A stretch of DNA of 64,000 nt from Octopus sinensis. Lineage: Eukaryota. This document shows, in pieces, positions 41,571 through 55,920 of the stretch (position 1 is its first letter; each line of letters opens with the position of its first letter). Location: NCBI RefSeq assembly GCF_006345805.1, contig NC_043004.1, positions 26,040,001-26,104,000 on the forward strand, given 5' to 3'. The notes beneath the pieces are model-generated. The model was not told the DNA's origin. It did no database searches and saw nothing but the letters and a program-made list of their open reading frames with translations. The position numbers and the translations under genes were made by a program.

Positions 41571-41751
41571 GGTAGATATGAAATATATAAAAATACAAAA
41601 ATAGTCGAATAAAATTCATTATTGACAGTGACGTTGAAGATTTTTTAAAAAACTAACCCTTGCAAATTGCCGAACTCACTCATTGTCAACAAATTATGAT
41701 GTGTGTGTGTGTGTGTGTGTGTGTGAGTGCGTTATTCAAAGTGCCACTCAC

Positions 41752-41790
41752 CTGGAGGCAGAATGTCCCATCTTAGCCTCTGATAGATAT
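41752..41790 (-). CDS. Astacin-MAM, exon 4 (39 nt, phase 1-1)
   Basis: Acceptor CTCTTTTAG|, donor CAG|GTGAGT; (D)IYQRLRWDILPP. Confidence 0.7.
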
Positions 41791-41974
41791 CTAAAAGAGA
41801 ATATTATTATTTGATAAGTTGAGGCAGTATTAAAAACTTCAGTAGCAAACATAAACATTAGCAATGAAGAATCTCACTTGAGGCTAAATATGTTACTGTT
41901 AGCTAAAGTTTCTATGAGTCGGGAAGTCACTCTTACTCTGCCACATTGTGAATCTAACAAATTCTTGGCTAAAC

Positions 41975-42392
41975 CCACTCTTTTACTCTTTTACTTGTTT
42001 CAGTCATTTGACTGCGGCCATGCTGGAGCACCGCCTTTAGTCGAGCAACTCGACCCCAGGACTTATTCTTTGTAAGCCCAGTACTTATTCTATCGGTCTT
42101 TTTTGCCGAACCGCTAAGTGACGGGGACATAAACACACCAGCATCGGTTGTCAAGCAATGCTAGGGGGACAAACACAGACACACAAACACACACGCACAC
42201 ACACACACATATATATATACATATATACGACGGGCTTCTTTCAGTTTCCGTCTACCAAATCCACTCACAAGGCTTTGGTCGGCCCGAGGCTAGAGTAGAA
42301 GACACTTGCCCAAGGTGCCACGCAGTGGGACTGAACCCGGAACCATGTGGTTGGAAAGCAAGCTACTTACCACACAGCCACTCCTGCGCCTA
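41975..42392 (-). mobile_element. SINE, same family
   Basis: Near-consensus copy. Confidence 0.9.
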
Positions 42393-42736
42393 TGCACTAT
42401 GCACTAATATGCAGCTAAATGTGTATGTATGTACCATAGAAGACAGAAATCACACTGATTTGAGGACTACAAGTTAACGACGCGCTCTCCATACCTACAT
42501 TGCTTAAAACGATGAGATATTACACCGTGGTGTCCTTTTACAACAAAGAGGAGTAAGCCGTTAAAGTTTGCGCCAGTATTAAGGCAGCAAGCTTTTCTTA
42601 CCCGTAAGTATATTAGATGATGACGAATGCAGATAGATATGTAGGTAAAAGGATGAATAGTTTGATACATGGATGGACAAATAAATACATAGAAAGGAAC
42701 ACACACATATACACACAACACACACACACACACACA

Positions 42737-42797
<61 letters not shown>

Positions 42798-43144
42798 ACA
42801 CACACACATTCATACGCGTCCGATGGCACAACAGCAACGGCAAAGACAGCAGCGGGGATGATAACAGCCACAACAGCATCAGCAGCACGTCCGGCAGTAA
42901 TGGCAACAACAACGGCAGCGATAGCAGCGGCTACAACAGAAACAACAACATCAACAGCGCGTTTGATAGAACAGTAGCAATGACAGCAGCAGCAACAACT
43001 GCAGCACTAGCATCTGGTACGGCAGTAACAGCAGCAACGGTAACGATTCCAATAGCGACAGCAGCTACACCAGCAACGTATCCAATAGTGATAGCATCAA
43101 CAGTAGCGATAGTGTCAGTAACAACAGCAGCAGCACCACCAGTG

Positions 43145-43500
43145 CAAGGACACGGAAATATATTGGGGCTAATATTGGGGCTACAAAGGGTCCCTTCAGG
43201 CGACGTCTAGACACTCACAGGTCCTTTTTTATAATCCCTGAGAGGCGCAACGTTATGTCCATGGCCAGATATGTATAGTATTTAAAAGAAGAGGGTACAC
43301 CATACAAACTTAAATGGGAACTCCTAGAACAACCTGGACCATATTTTAACGGGAGCAAATGATGTAAACTTTGCTTGGCCGAGAGTGCGAGTATCCTGAA
43401 AAACTCGCTTGACTCGGGGACATTCTTAAACTTCAAAAGTGAAGTGTTTAGTTGTTGCCCTTATCAGAGAGAATTCTTGTTGGCAATAGGAAATTTCCTG
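43145..43500 (+). mobile_element. Penelope-like GIY-YIG endonuclease C-terminal relic
   Basis: KYIGA..GPFRRRLDTHRS..KWELLEQPGPY..CKLCLAES..LNFKSEVFSCCPY, with stops. Confidence 0.75.
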
Positions 43501-43783
43501 CTTGCCGACTACCGAACGGAAATCATGCGTATGCGGACCCGTTTCGGACGCAACTGGAACCGTTAAAATGGAGATAGCTCCATCATTCCCAGAAGGGATG
43601 TTGTTCAGCAGAATTTCGTTTCGTTTTCTTTTTTCACAACCCTGACTGACAAAGGCTGTATTCCTATTTCCAGTTTTAGAGAAGTTAACTGCCTCCGGCC
43701 AATGAGTCTGGCGAGTCGCCTATTCCGCTAAGAACTATAAAGGTGCAAAAGCAATGGTAGCACCATGACCGACTGTAACTAAC

Positions 43784-43823
<40 letters not shown>

Positions 43824-44439
43824 TTTGTTAATTTTATTTGTATCCCGATGAAAAAAAGTAGTATATATAAGATTTGAGATTTAAAGGAACAGAATCAACA
43901 AGAGAAATAACCATAAAAGAATCCTACATATGTTTCAGTCCGGCCATTAGATTCAGATCATCACCATTTAAGCGATGTTAGATGTAAAATAATCCCACAT
44001 TATGTCCGGATATTATCAGGGAGGATGTTTACTTTCTGGTGGCGAGCAACGAAATAAGTAATATGAGGACCGTATTTTCAAATATTCAAATAATGTAAAC
44101 AATAATTTATTAGGACGGCGAGGTCGTGTGGGGAGATATTATCAAATGAAATCTTGCTAAAATGCGATAAAGTATTTGAAAAATTGACCTATAAGTGTTA
44201 AAAGACAAAGTAGTCGTTTAATTAGAATATGGGCTGTTATGGGTTGTTAAGTGTATTGAAGACAAACAGAGATGAAATAGATTTTTGAGAGGGGAAAAAT
44301 AAACACAAATGATTTGGGATATAAAAGAGAAAAATAATTCGATATTATATACTAAAATAACTATTAAGTTTTTAGCATTTCAATGTATTAAGGATGCATT
44401 CCATTATTCAGAGAAAGTTATAGTTTAAATATTTATGCA

Positions 44440-44989
<550 letters not shown>

Positions 44990-45118
44990 TTATACATTAT
45001 TGGGCAGTTTATCCATATATATTGCGGAACTTTCTCTCAGTATATTTGATAACAGCAGTTAATATCCGGAATCTTTTTTAAAATTCCCTATGAGGAAATT
45101 ACATCCTCAATATCTGAA

Positions 45119-45328
<210 letters not shown>

Positions 45329-45841
45329 TACAGAGATTAGTACGTCTGCCTATTTTGTATTTCTACAGTCAATTGTACAACATATTTGACTTAAATATGA
45401 CCGACGCTCGTTTCTCCTGCACACACATCTCGCAATATTATTTGCATCCAGCTACTTTCGACTTGTTATTAGTGTGTGCACCTTTATGGCAAACTCACAA
45501 ATAAACTACATATATTGATTTTATACGTTTATCTATTTGATCCCATGTATTGGGTTCTGAGAATGGCACATGCCCACTTAAACTTCTTACATAAGACATA
45601 CAATATGTGTTGTATAAGAGCAGGAATTGTAACTTCTCAGTTGCATCGTTTCCTACTCACAGTTTATGTATGATATTTATCTTGTTGACTCTGAATGGTT
45701 CCCAACAGGGTTTGAAACCAGAAATTAGATATAAGAAACCAAATAATGTATGAAATTTCATTTCTCTGTATAATAAATGTCAGATAATTAATGAACTCAA
45801 TATAAGTACCTGTTCTCTTTAACAAAATAATCTAATCTTAC

Positions 45842-45901
45842 CTGGGTTCCATTGGTCTTGTAAAATCTGCCGTCTTCTCCAAACCCACCAGTTTTGTCTT
45901 C
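45842..45901 (-). CDS. Astacin-MAM, exon 3 (60 nt, symmetric phase 1-1)
   Basis: Acceptor TTTGTTCAG|, donor CAG|GTAAGA; (R)RQNWWVWRRRQILQDQWNP. Confidence 0.7.
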
Positions 45902-47353
45902 CTGAACAAACATAAATAGAGAGCTAGTTTATTCTCACAAATTTACAATCATATTGCCAAATTGTGTCGTAAAAATAAACTGGGATGGCACAGCAAATAG
46001 TTTCTTTCTGTAATTCCTGTCAGGAAGTTTCTATGAATTGCGTTAATATTTTTATATTTTTGTTTTATCTCTGAAACAGTCTTAGATTCTGAAACGTTTT
46101 GTTGCTCATTGAAGGAAAGAAAATAGTAAGAATTTTTCTTCTGCAGCCATCATGATGAGATTATTCAAAATAAACTGTGTCAATCTTATCAGTTTTGAGT
46201 AGCCTGCAAAGGCATAGGCACAGCTCTTGCCTTTCGTCTCAGAAGGAATGCAAAAGCCAAGGATACAGCCCTTTCGTCTAGCCAAATTGTTCAAATAAAA
46301 CAAAGAAAAAAACTAAAAAAAAAAAAAAACCCAGCAGCCTCTGCTATTCCTATGAATTAATAAGCTGTATACTTTATCAAACTGAGCCCACATCATCATC
46401 TTTAACATGTCTCACAGCTCAAACCTTATACTAAATATTTTATCCAATTTATTTCTCTCTAGAATGGCAACCTTTACAAGGAATCACTTTTTCTTCAAAT
46501 ATTGATTTACAGGAATTGAAAAAAACATCAACTACATTCACATTAACAGTTTGGGAAAGCCTACAGATGTCCTCTGAACACCATTTTTTTCTCTTGCTCG
46601 CACTAAATAATAGCAGTTATTTCTAACAATTTTTTAACAAAGGCACAAAGCAAGAATTTCTAATTATTCAAATAAAACAAAGAAAAACACAATTCGGGCA
46701 GAGATGCATATAAAAAATAACCAGGCAGGTATAACGCATACAAATTAACGCAGATAAGTAAACAAAAGTTGATGGAAATAAATCACAGGCAAGTAAATTA
46801 AAATAAAATAGAAAATAATCACAAGTAGTAAGTAAAAATATCCAAATGCACTTAGTAGACATAACCCGGAAATCGTTGCTTTTCCACAAACAGCAGTTCG
46901 TATCTTCATTGATTGGTTAAAATTACCCAAATTCGACAACTTTAACACGAAATAACTTCTAAAATACGAAATTTTGTCAGAAACGTTCAGAGTAAACCGT
47001 GTTCTACGTGAAAATTCCGCCAGTATTCGAAGTTTCAAACTATTTAGTTAAAAAAATTTTTTTTTTTTAAATCTGTGATTGAAATGGAATAGATCCCAAA
47101 TTGTCAATTGAATTGAGTGTACAGAAATTAGGAAGTCAACTTCTCTTGAATGTGTTGTTGAGTCAATGTTAAAAAAAACAAACAAATAAAAAACAACTAA
47201 AAGCAAAACAAAGAAAAACTGAAACAACTAAACAAATAAAAAGTCAAACATCCAATTTAATGAGGACGGGTGCAAGAATTTCTTCACGAATGTTTAAAAA
47301 CTTATTTTAATAAGTAATAAGAGCAAAAAGAGAAAAAAAAGTATCGTCCATAC

Positions 47354-47402
47354 GTGGTCTGGCTTGACGTTGTTGTTGTTGTTGTTGCCAGGATGTGTTT
47401 AT
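47354..47402 (-). CDS. Astacin-MAM, exon 2 (pro-region micro-exon, 49 nt)
   Basis: Acceptor TATTTACAG|, donor |GTATGG; INTSWQQQQQQRQARP, phase 0 to 1, links exon 1 and exon 3 in frame. Confidence 0.65.
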
Positions 47403-47826
47403 CTGTAAATACACGAGAAATCAGTTTTATGGGTTAAAAGGGAGAGAAAGTGAAAGACAAATGGGTGGTGAGGAGTGGAAGGGTCTGTCATTTATACAAG
47501 GGTGGGCAAGACTGTCATGTGGGTCTGTTAGATAGATACCAACCTGTCCACTTTGTACTAACACTGAATCAAGCAGAACATGGTTACAGACAGGAAGAGA
47601 TAACGGTGGTGGTGGTGGTGGTGATAGTGGAAGTGGTGGGAATTTCAATTAAAGAAGAATTAGCAGTGGGTTGGTAATTTTGGGACGACATCAAAGGAAC
47701 AATTAAATGAGTTTTAAAATACAAAATTTAGTCTTGAAATATTTTCTTTTTCCATTTCATAGAAATCCTTTCATTTCATTCCGAACTGGTAAATCTTAAA
47801 TATGTGGTATAAAAGAATCCTAACAC

Positions 47827-47870
<44 letters not shown>

Positions 47871-48255
47871 GCACGTACGCACGCACGCACATACACACAC
47901 ACGCAGCACCACATACAAAACTGTGCGTATGTGAATTCTTATCTACGAGATGGTAAAAACCTGAGGTTTTGAGAAATGAAAAGATTACCATTAGGCGTAG
48001 CTGTGTGGTAAGAAATTTGCTTCTTAACCACATAGTTGCGGGTTCAGTCCCACAGTGTAGCACCTTGAGTAAGTGTCTCCTGTTGTAGCCTTATGAATAG
48101 ATTTCGCAGACGAAAACTGAAAGAAGCTCGTCGTGTCGTATATATATATATATATATAATTTCAACAATTGAGGGTAAAATTAATTAATTATTAATCAAT
48201 ATCACCAAGTATTCAGTATGTAAAGGGACCATTTAAGGCGAATTCAAATTATTAC

Positions 48256-48563
48256 ATTATATAAAAGGGCTTAGTAAAATAAATTACTTTGCCACATACT
48301 GAACTCATTAGAAATAGCAGCTAAAAAAATTTTTTTAAACTATTTCTAATACTTAAAGAAAATCTCTCTCATATAGTGTTTGCTCAAGTCAACTCACGAA
48401 GATATGGGGGTTTTTACCCCCATATCTTCGTGAGTTGACTTGAGCAAACACTATATGAGAGAGATTTTCTTTAAGTATTAGAAATAGTTTAAAAAAATTT
48501 TTTTAGCTGCTATTTCTAATGAGTTCAGTATGTGGCAAAGTAATTTATTTTACTAAGCCCTTT

Positions 48564-48571
<8 letters not shown>
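48256..48571. repeat. Perfect palindrome, 156-bp arms, 4-nt TTTT loop
   Basis: 48256-48411 is the reverse complement of 48416-48571. Confidence 0.95.
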
Positions 48572-48607
<36 letters not shown>

Positions 48608-49211
48608 ATGTATATATATTGGGGGAAAACAAGAAGGAAATGGAGAAATAAATGGATATAATTAATAATTTATAATTTATTTGCATGTTACAAAAAGATG
48701 ATATTTAAAATAAAACTGTACAAATAAATTGATTAGAACTTGAAAGCTCAAAGAAAAATAAATTAAAATAAAAAAGGAAAAAGAACCTACATACATATTT
48801 CAGTCCTTTCATCTAGTTGGTGGGAATTTCGAAGCATTCCACATTCTAACTATATGGTGGTAGGACTTCTTCAGGGTTAAAATAGAGCTCATGTACTTTC
48901 GGTAATCCTTTTTTGTCTTTTCAGGAAAGCATAAAGTATTAGTGGGTTAAAAGTTAAAATCTATATATTGAAAGTGTATCTGATTGATGGGTTTTAAATA
49001 TTTATGAATATACTATATATACGATATATTATAATTTGAAAACAGATAAATAAATAGAGAAATAAAGTATGGATAAAAGTTAAAATCAAGCTAAAGATAA
49101 AATAAAATAAAAATGACAGTAAAAACATTAAAACATAACATATAAATGAAATACAATAAATAAAATAAAATATACTAAAAATAAGAACTACGGACTATTC
49201 TTATTGTTATA

Positions 49212-49372
<161 letters not shown>

Positions 49373-49469
49373 TATATGACATGATATTGATGGAGGATGA
49401 ATGGAAATTTGAAAAATATCCGTTATAATGCATATCTAGTAAACCTTTCTTATCGACGATCACTGATTA

Positions 49470-49660
49470 GGGTACGTAAATGGTATAGATCTATACTATG
49501 AACTGCTTACAAATGAAATCACCAAAAAATACAAGGTAGTCACCAATAACCAATTAAGAGCCAAAAAAATTGTGACTGAATATGCTATTGAAGATAAAAC
49601 CGAACCTTTCTTTCCTGTAAAGCATAGAATATCTTTACCACCATATACTCCTACCACAAT
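49470..49660 (+). mobile_element. Penelope-like N-terminal (pre-RT) fragment
   Basis: YYELLTNEITKKYK..AKKIVTEYAIEDKTE resembles the PLE YxxLLxxNITKxYK motif. Confidence 0.5.
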
Positions 49661-49924
49661 ATAGTTTGAATGTGGTAATTTTCTTAGCATTAAACCAAAT
49701 GCTTCGAAATTCCCACCAACTAGATGAAAGGACTGAAATATGTATGTAGGTTATTTTTTTTATTATTATTTTAATTTTTCTTTGAGCTTTCAATTTCTAA
49801 TTAATTTATTTGTAATTATATTTTTTTAAATGCCGTCTTTTTGTAACATACAAATTACATCCATTTATTCTACATTTCCTTCTTGTTTTCTCCAATATTG
49901 ATAATTTCAATAATCTTGAACATA

Positions 49925-50065
49925 TACAGGAGTGGCTTACCAACCACATGGTTCTGGGTTCAGTCCCACTGCCTGGCACCTTAGGCAAGTGTCTACTGCT
50001 ATAGCCTCAGGCCGACAAAAGCCTTATGAGTGGATTTGATAGACAGAAACTGAAAGAAGCCCGTC

Positions 50066-50108
<43 letters not shown>

Positions 50109-50250
50109 AATGTTTGCGTTTGTCCCCTACCATCGATTGACAACCGGTGTTGGTGTGTCTACGTCCCAGTAACCTAGCGGTTCGTCTAAAGGCGGTGCTC
50201 CAGCATGGCCGCTGTCAAATGACTGAAACAAATAAAAGTGTAAAAGAGTA
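49925..50250 (+). mobile_element. SINE, same family
   Basis: Similarity to 41975-42392. Confidence 0.85.
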
Positions 50251-50356
50251 TATACCAATGACTCTTGCATTATACGATACGGATTAAACCAGTGGAACAT
50301 CTTGGATTATATAATCCCTAATGAGGATATGACTTCCTCGAATTAAATATATATAT

Positions 50357-50399
<43 letters not shown>

Positions 50400-50633
50400 A
50401 AAAACAATTGATGGGTAGGTGTCAATCCTTTACAGACATTTCTAACGAAATTTTCAATTGATCAATGTGTATATTATGTCATTAAAAAAACGTTTTCTCC
50501 AGATGAATACATGAATCTTACAATCAAGGAGATTTAAAATAATTTATAATTATTTAAAATCCGCAGTACGAGCATATTTTTTGTGTGATTCTACGACTGG
50601 CTCTCGTCACACACACACGCATATACATATATA

Positions 50634-51525
50634 TACAAGGGGGTACCCAAAAGTAACCGGAAACGTTCTCTATGGTAAAAACATGTTATGGTTCAGGCTT
50701 CCGCTGCTAGAAGCCACTTGATGCGCCCCTCAGGCATCAGTCCGCCGACCGGTGTCGCCGAGTGAAGTCGTACAGCCACGTGGTACGTCTGTGTTTGGTA
50801 GTGCTTCTCCCCTGTTCATCGATTTTTACAATGGCTGAAACGATGGAACAGTGTGCTTCTGCGAAATTCTGTTTGCTGCTGGGGAAAACGGTAGCCAAAC
50901 GGTCGTCATCCTTCAAACGGCTTACAAGGACGCTGTCATGAGCAAAACACAAGTTTACGAGTGGTTTCTACGCTTTAGAAATGGTCAATTGTCGCTTGAA
51001 GACCAACCTCATTCAGGGCGACCGTCGACCTCCCAAAGGAATGAAAACATCATGAAAATTCATGAAGTGGTCTTGGAGGACCGTCACCGAACAATTGATG
51101 AACTTGTTGATATGACTGGTGTGTCCTGGAGCTCCTGCCAACGAATTTTAAGCGAGGAATTGTGAATGAAAAGAGTTGCAGCAAAATTTGTGTCTCGCTT
51201 GCTCATGGATGATTAAAGCAGTTATGACTGAATGCGCGTCGTGAACTGAAAGAACAGCTGGAAGTTGATCCGGACCTTTTTTTCGAAGTTTATCACTGGT
51301 GACGGAAGCTGATGCTGTGGAATTTGCAGATGTGGAAAAGGTGAAAAAAAAAACTACGGAAGCATTAAAAGGCATCACTTCGCGAGAGTTCCAACACCTC
51401 GAATAGTGGAAAACGTGCCTGGACCGATGCATTATTCCAAATGGAGAATACTTTGAAGGTGATAAAAGTGTAAACATGTAAAGCTAAGGGAATAAAATAA
51501 TATTGCAAAGTTCCGGTTTGTTTTG

Positions 51526-51531
<6 letters not shown>
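50634..51531 (+). mobile_element. Mariner relic with partial transposase HTH ORF
   Basis: TIR TACCCAAAA..AACCGGAA at both ends; ORF 50851-51165 KTQVYEWFLRFRNG..LEDQPHSGRPST..IDELVDMTGVSWSSCQRIL. Confidence 0.88.
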
Positions 51532-51594
<63 letters not shown>

Positions 51595-51731
51595 ATATAT
51601 ATTATATGTAGAAAAATACAAACTGGGACAAGAACGTAAAACATTTAGGAGACGATACAAAAGACACGGACGGGACATTCGAAGCCTTCAATCTTCAGTC
51701 AAGAACCGGATCATCCTAGCAATTTCGGCTG

Positions 51732-51770
<39 letters not shown>

Positions 51771-52584
51771 TGTGTGAGGGTGAGAGAGAGAGAGAGAGAG
51801 AAAGAAAGAGAGAGAGAGAGAGAGAGAGAGTGTGTGTGTGCGTGTGTGTGTCCCACCACCGCTTGATATCTGATGTTGATGTATCTCCGTAACTTAGCGG
51901 TTCAGCAAAAGTAACAGTCTTTAAAAGAATAAGTACTGGTGTCAATTCATTCAACTAAATCAAAAACTCTTGAAGGCGGCCGCAATTTAATGACCGAAAC
52001 AATTAAAGGATAAAAGAAAAGATAAAAGATATGTTCGTGTGTACAGATATATGTACACACAAACACACACACGCGCTCCGCGCGCACACATATGCGCACG
52101 CACACGTGTTTTGGGACGGTGGTAGTTTTTTCATATCAGATCTTTTGCAGAGATGACGTGGCGATCTCATAGATCTGTGCTCCTTAGAAACAAGCAGTAA
52201 TTAAAACTGAAAAACACTGACGGGTGATACCATATTTTGAGGCACTGATTCTGATATCAGGTCTGAAATTACATGGCACTGAAACATTTTTGGTGTATAT
52301 TTTCAACTGATAGTTTCTGGTAATCTTAGACGTTTACATCGACTTATTGGATTTTCTTTCCAACAATATGATTCGTCAAAATACGTGAAACTCAATTGTC
52401 CCCGAAAAAAGCGTAATATGAACAGAAAATAGTTTTCTTCCCCGCTACCCACACTAAAAATACCGTTAGCACTTTATGAAATGATGTTAAGAAAGATAAT
52501 AGATGTCTCTAAAGTGATAGCTAATCAACAGTTCGATGTGAGACAAATTACTGCTTGATGAGTTATTAAAAATTATTTTAATTC

Positions 52585-52803
52585 TTTTATTTGTTTCAGT
52601 TGACTGCGGCCATGCTGGAATACCGCCTTTAGTCGAACAAATCGACCCCAGGACTTATTCTCTGTAAGCCTAGTACTTATTCTAAGGGTCCCTTATGCCT
52701 AACCGCTAGGTTAAGGGGACGTAAACACATCAACATCGGTTGTCAAGCGGTGGTGGTGGTGGTGGGGGGGTCAAACACAGATGCACAAACACACGCACAC
52801 ACA

Positions 52804-52861
<58 letters not shown>

Positions 52862-53025
52862 CGATAGGCTTCTTTCAGTTTCTGTCTACCAAATCCACTC
52901 ACAAGGCTTTGGTCGGCCCGAGGCTATAGTAGACAACACTTGCTCAAGATGCCACGCAGTGGGACTGAATCCGGAACCATGTGGCTGATAAGCAAGCCAC
53001 TTACTACACAGCCTCTCCTGCGCCT
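52585..53025 (-). mobile_element. SINE, same family
   Basis: Similarity to 41975-42392. Confidence 0.88.
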
Positions 53026-53392
53026 ATATTAATTAGAATTAAGAAATTTTGTCCATGGAGAAATTTTGTTCATGGAGAAGATATCGAAGTGGAGTAACAT
53101 TTAATACAGGTTAGAAGATGTAAAGATTTTTACAGGAAACTAATATTGGAATGATTGTAAGACGTTCTGTCTGCTGGAGGAATTGCTGTCTGAAAATCTT
53201 CTAAGTAGAATTTAGTTTGTGAAGAATAGGAACGTTTGATGATAGTCAGTAAATGACGCCAACGAAACTCAATTGATCGGAATAAACTATCACAAGAGGA
53301 AATACTTGTTAGTTATTCAGAGTGCTTTAATGAGTAGAATCAATAGAAATAAGTGGAAGAAAAAACACGAAAAATATTTAAGTATTACATAC

Positions 53393-53506
53393 CTGAAACC
53401 TTCTGTTTTGACTTCTTGGAAAAGAAAATACCAAAGTGAAAACGGTGAATGCAACCACCAGAACAAGAATATTTTTCCACAGGTATACTGACTTTTGTGT
53501 TGACAT
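53393..53506 (-). CDS. Astacin-MAM metalloprotease, coding exon 1 (signal peptide)
   Basis: ATG at 53506; reads MSTQKSVYLWKNILVLVVAFTVFTLVFSFPRSQNRRFQ (hydrophobic core typical of a signal peptide); donor CAG|GTATGT; 114 nt, ends phase 0. Confidence 0.75.
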
Positions 53507-53765
53507 TATTAAATTTTGATTTATTTGGGAAAAAAAAATCAGAAACGAAATTTAATTTGACTTTTGGAGCGAAGAACAGATATCAAAATTCAAGAACCGG
53601 AGGCATTACGGAAAAAAATGGTGGTATTCGGTGGCTACATTTCATGGTCCGTTATCTACAGGAGTTCATTTGTTTGTGACAGTTACGTATTTTAAGCAGT
53701 GTTTTAAAGGAGTAAATGTAAGCGAAAACAACGAGAAGCCAATATTATGGGTGTGAAACTGTTGG

Positions 53766-53772
53766 TTTTATA
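53766..53772 (-). promoter_or_regulatory. Candidate TATA box (TATAAAA) for the astacin gene
   Basis: Motif about 260 bp upstream of the ATG on the coding strand; common by chance in AT-rich DNA, no TSS data. Confidence 0.2.
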
Positions 53773-54014
53773 CAGGTGTAGGTTGACGTTTGACAACAAA
53801 GGTGTGTATGATACATTCTTTAAGAGTTAACAAACCATCATGAATATACTAACAACAGTGAAATAATGCCAAACCTATTTCAGTGTTCAAATACCAAAGG
53901 ATTTGTTGGCAAACACACTTGTTTGCATCAAATTAATTAATATAATTGCTCATTAAATTTAGAGAAAAACCATATGTATTAACAAGAATATCTACAAAAC
54001 TGGAATTGCTACAA

Positions 54015-54130
54015 ACTTTGACACTTCAAAGAAAGACTCATAGCAAAGATTTAAACATTGGAACTCTATTAACTAGCAGACTTCCAATGTTCAAATCTTT
54101 GCCATGAGTCTTTCTTTGAAATGTCAAAGT
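54015..54130. repeat. Inverted repeat, 49-bp arms, 18-nt loop
   Basis: Three mismatches, all transitions. Confidence 0.9.
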
Positions 54131-54496
54131 ATTGCGATGTTGCTGTATCACCATATTTCTTCTACAGTGTCTTTGGATTAATTTATCGACGACATTTTAT
54201 ACTGACCCTCTGGCGAACTTTTCGAAAGTAAAAATCGCATTTACTTCACTATCTTGTGTTATAGGCTTATTTTTGTGGTGGTTGATTAACTCCCAGGTCA
54301 ATCTTATCAAGCTGACATATGATCAAAGGTGTTCCAACCATGGACATCCTATTTTTTCTCAGATATAGTGAAATTAAGAACAGAGTATTGAATGTGTCCT
54401 TCTTGAAAGACAGTAAAGTGATTTGAGGGCGTATTGGCTGTTATTTCAAGAATGTCAGACGTAGGTTCTCCTCCTTGGCTTTCATTTGCTTATTGG

Positions 54497-54552
54497 TTAA
54501 AAGAAACCAGTAAATCGTTAGAAGAATCCAACGATTTACTGGTTTCTTTTAA
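54497..54552. repeat. Perfect 23-bp hairpin, 10-nt loop
   Basis: TTAAAAGAAACCAGTAAATCGTT / AACGATTTACTGGTTTCTTTTAA. Confidence 0.9.
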
Positions 54553-54699
54553 TAGAATCACCCAAAGTAAGCTGTAATAGTTTCCTCTATCCTCTATCAA
54601 AATAAATCTAATCTGAAACCCTTGGTGTAGGCTAATAAGTGTTCTGTAGAGCAGCTGTGTAGACCTAGTCATCATCCAATTACTGCTGTACAGAAAGTT

Positions 54700-55866
54700 A
54701 AGAGGAAAAAAGAAATAAAAAGCAATGGAATGGTATCTAAGAAGTGTCCCAAAAAAGCGAGGATTCGAGCAAAGTATGCTGAACATTCGGATCTGAGGTG
54801 TGAGTATCAAAACTCAATGAAGAACAGTTAATAGGCAAAGTATTGTGTATTAGAAATGAAAAATACCTCCTTGACTTAGAAATTGAAGAAATACAGAAAA
54901 ATGTCAAACAGGAAACTGCAAGAATCAACATATCAAAACTAGGTGGATGACTACAACTCGTCTGAGAATCAAGAGAGTGTAATCATAGTAGCCAGCCAGG
55001 AGAATTCAGTGCTGGCATTTGAAACAAGGGCAAAAAGAAGCGTGCAAGAAGAAAGGGAATTTGATAATTTGGTGGGCATAATCTTGGTGAAGACCAACTA
55101 AAAATCCTTGAAAAACAGACAGAAATTAAAGAAACCGAGAGCTCTATTGTCGGTTAATCTGAGAATAGTGAGTCTCAGTGTGATTGATAAGATTTTCAGT
55201 GAAAATATTAGAGGTATCAACACACTGATATCAGCAAATGCTAACATAGTTGCAGAACTGTTAGGAGAAAAGAAAGAGCAAAAGAAGGACCAGCAGGTGT
55301 CCTGATGGAATAGGTAGATACTAATGAAGACGGAAAAAGCAGATATAGGGAAAGATATAAGTAAATTGGACGAGTGGAAGCAGGCTAAATTAAAGAACAG
55401 CTAGCAAAAATAATGCCTCCTCATTGATATGACTGTCCCAATCGATATAAACGTATCTGTCAGGACCTACCAAAAGCTGAGCGAGTATAAAGATCTTGAA
55501 ATAGAAATTGCCAAAATGTGGAACCTCAATACCTGTTGTCATAGGTGCCCTAGGAATGATAGCAAAAGAGGCTGATTATCTGCTTCAAATACCAGGAAAC
55601 CCCAAAATGGCAGAAATTCAAAAGATAGTACTCGTAGGAACTGCCCATGTCCTACGTAAAATACTGTCTATGTAATCTCAAATTTTAAGATAAACCCATG
55701 ATTTTCTTTTGTATTCTTAAACATTCTCTAGTACAAGGCTACGATCAAAACCAAATATATGACACCACAGGCATAACACCAACATGAACTTCTAACTGTG
55801 TTGTCTCCTGGGATCGCTGGATGAGACTTGGAGCCAACTTGCAGAAATACAAAGCAAAAGTCAAAC

Positions 55867-55918
<52 letters not shown>
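54700..55918 (+). mobile_element. Internally deleted R4/Dong-like LINE (5' ORF region joined to 3' end) with (TAA)n tail
   Basis: VPKKRGFEQ, DLEIEEIQ, INTLISANANIVAELLGEKK, then DLPKAERV/KDLEIEIAKMW..QKIVLVGTAHVLRKIL; RT absent. Confidence 0.65.

Positions 55919-55919
<1 letters not shown>

Positions 55920-55920
<1 letters not shown>

Noticed and set aside
46745-47038. Hydrophobic ORF as an alternative signal-peptide exon
   Set aside because: No convincing donor in the needed phase; 53393-53506 fits better
50290-50345. Hammerhead-like CTAATGA...GAA with palindrome
   Set aside because: Several core and stem III violations
51660-51735. Hammerhead-like CTGAAGA/GAAA on the minus strand
   Set aside because: Stems I and II do not close at the core
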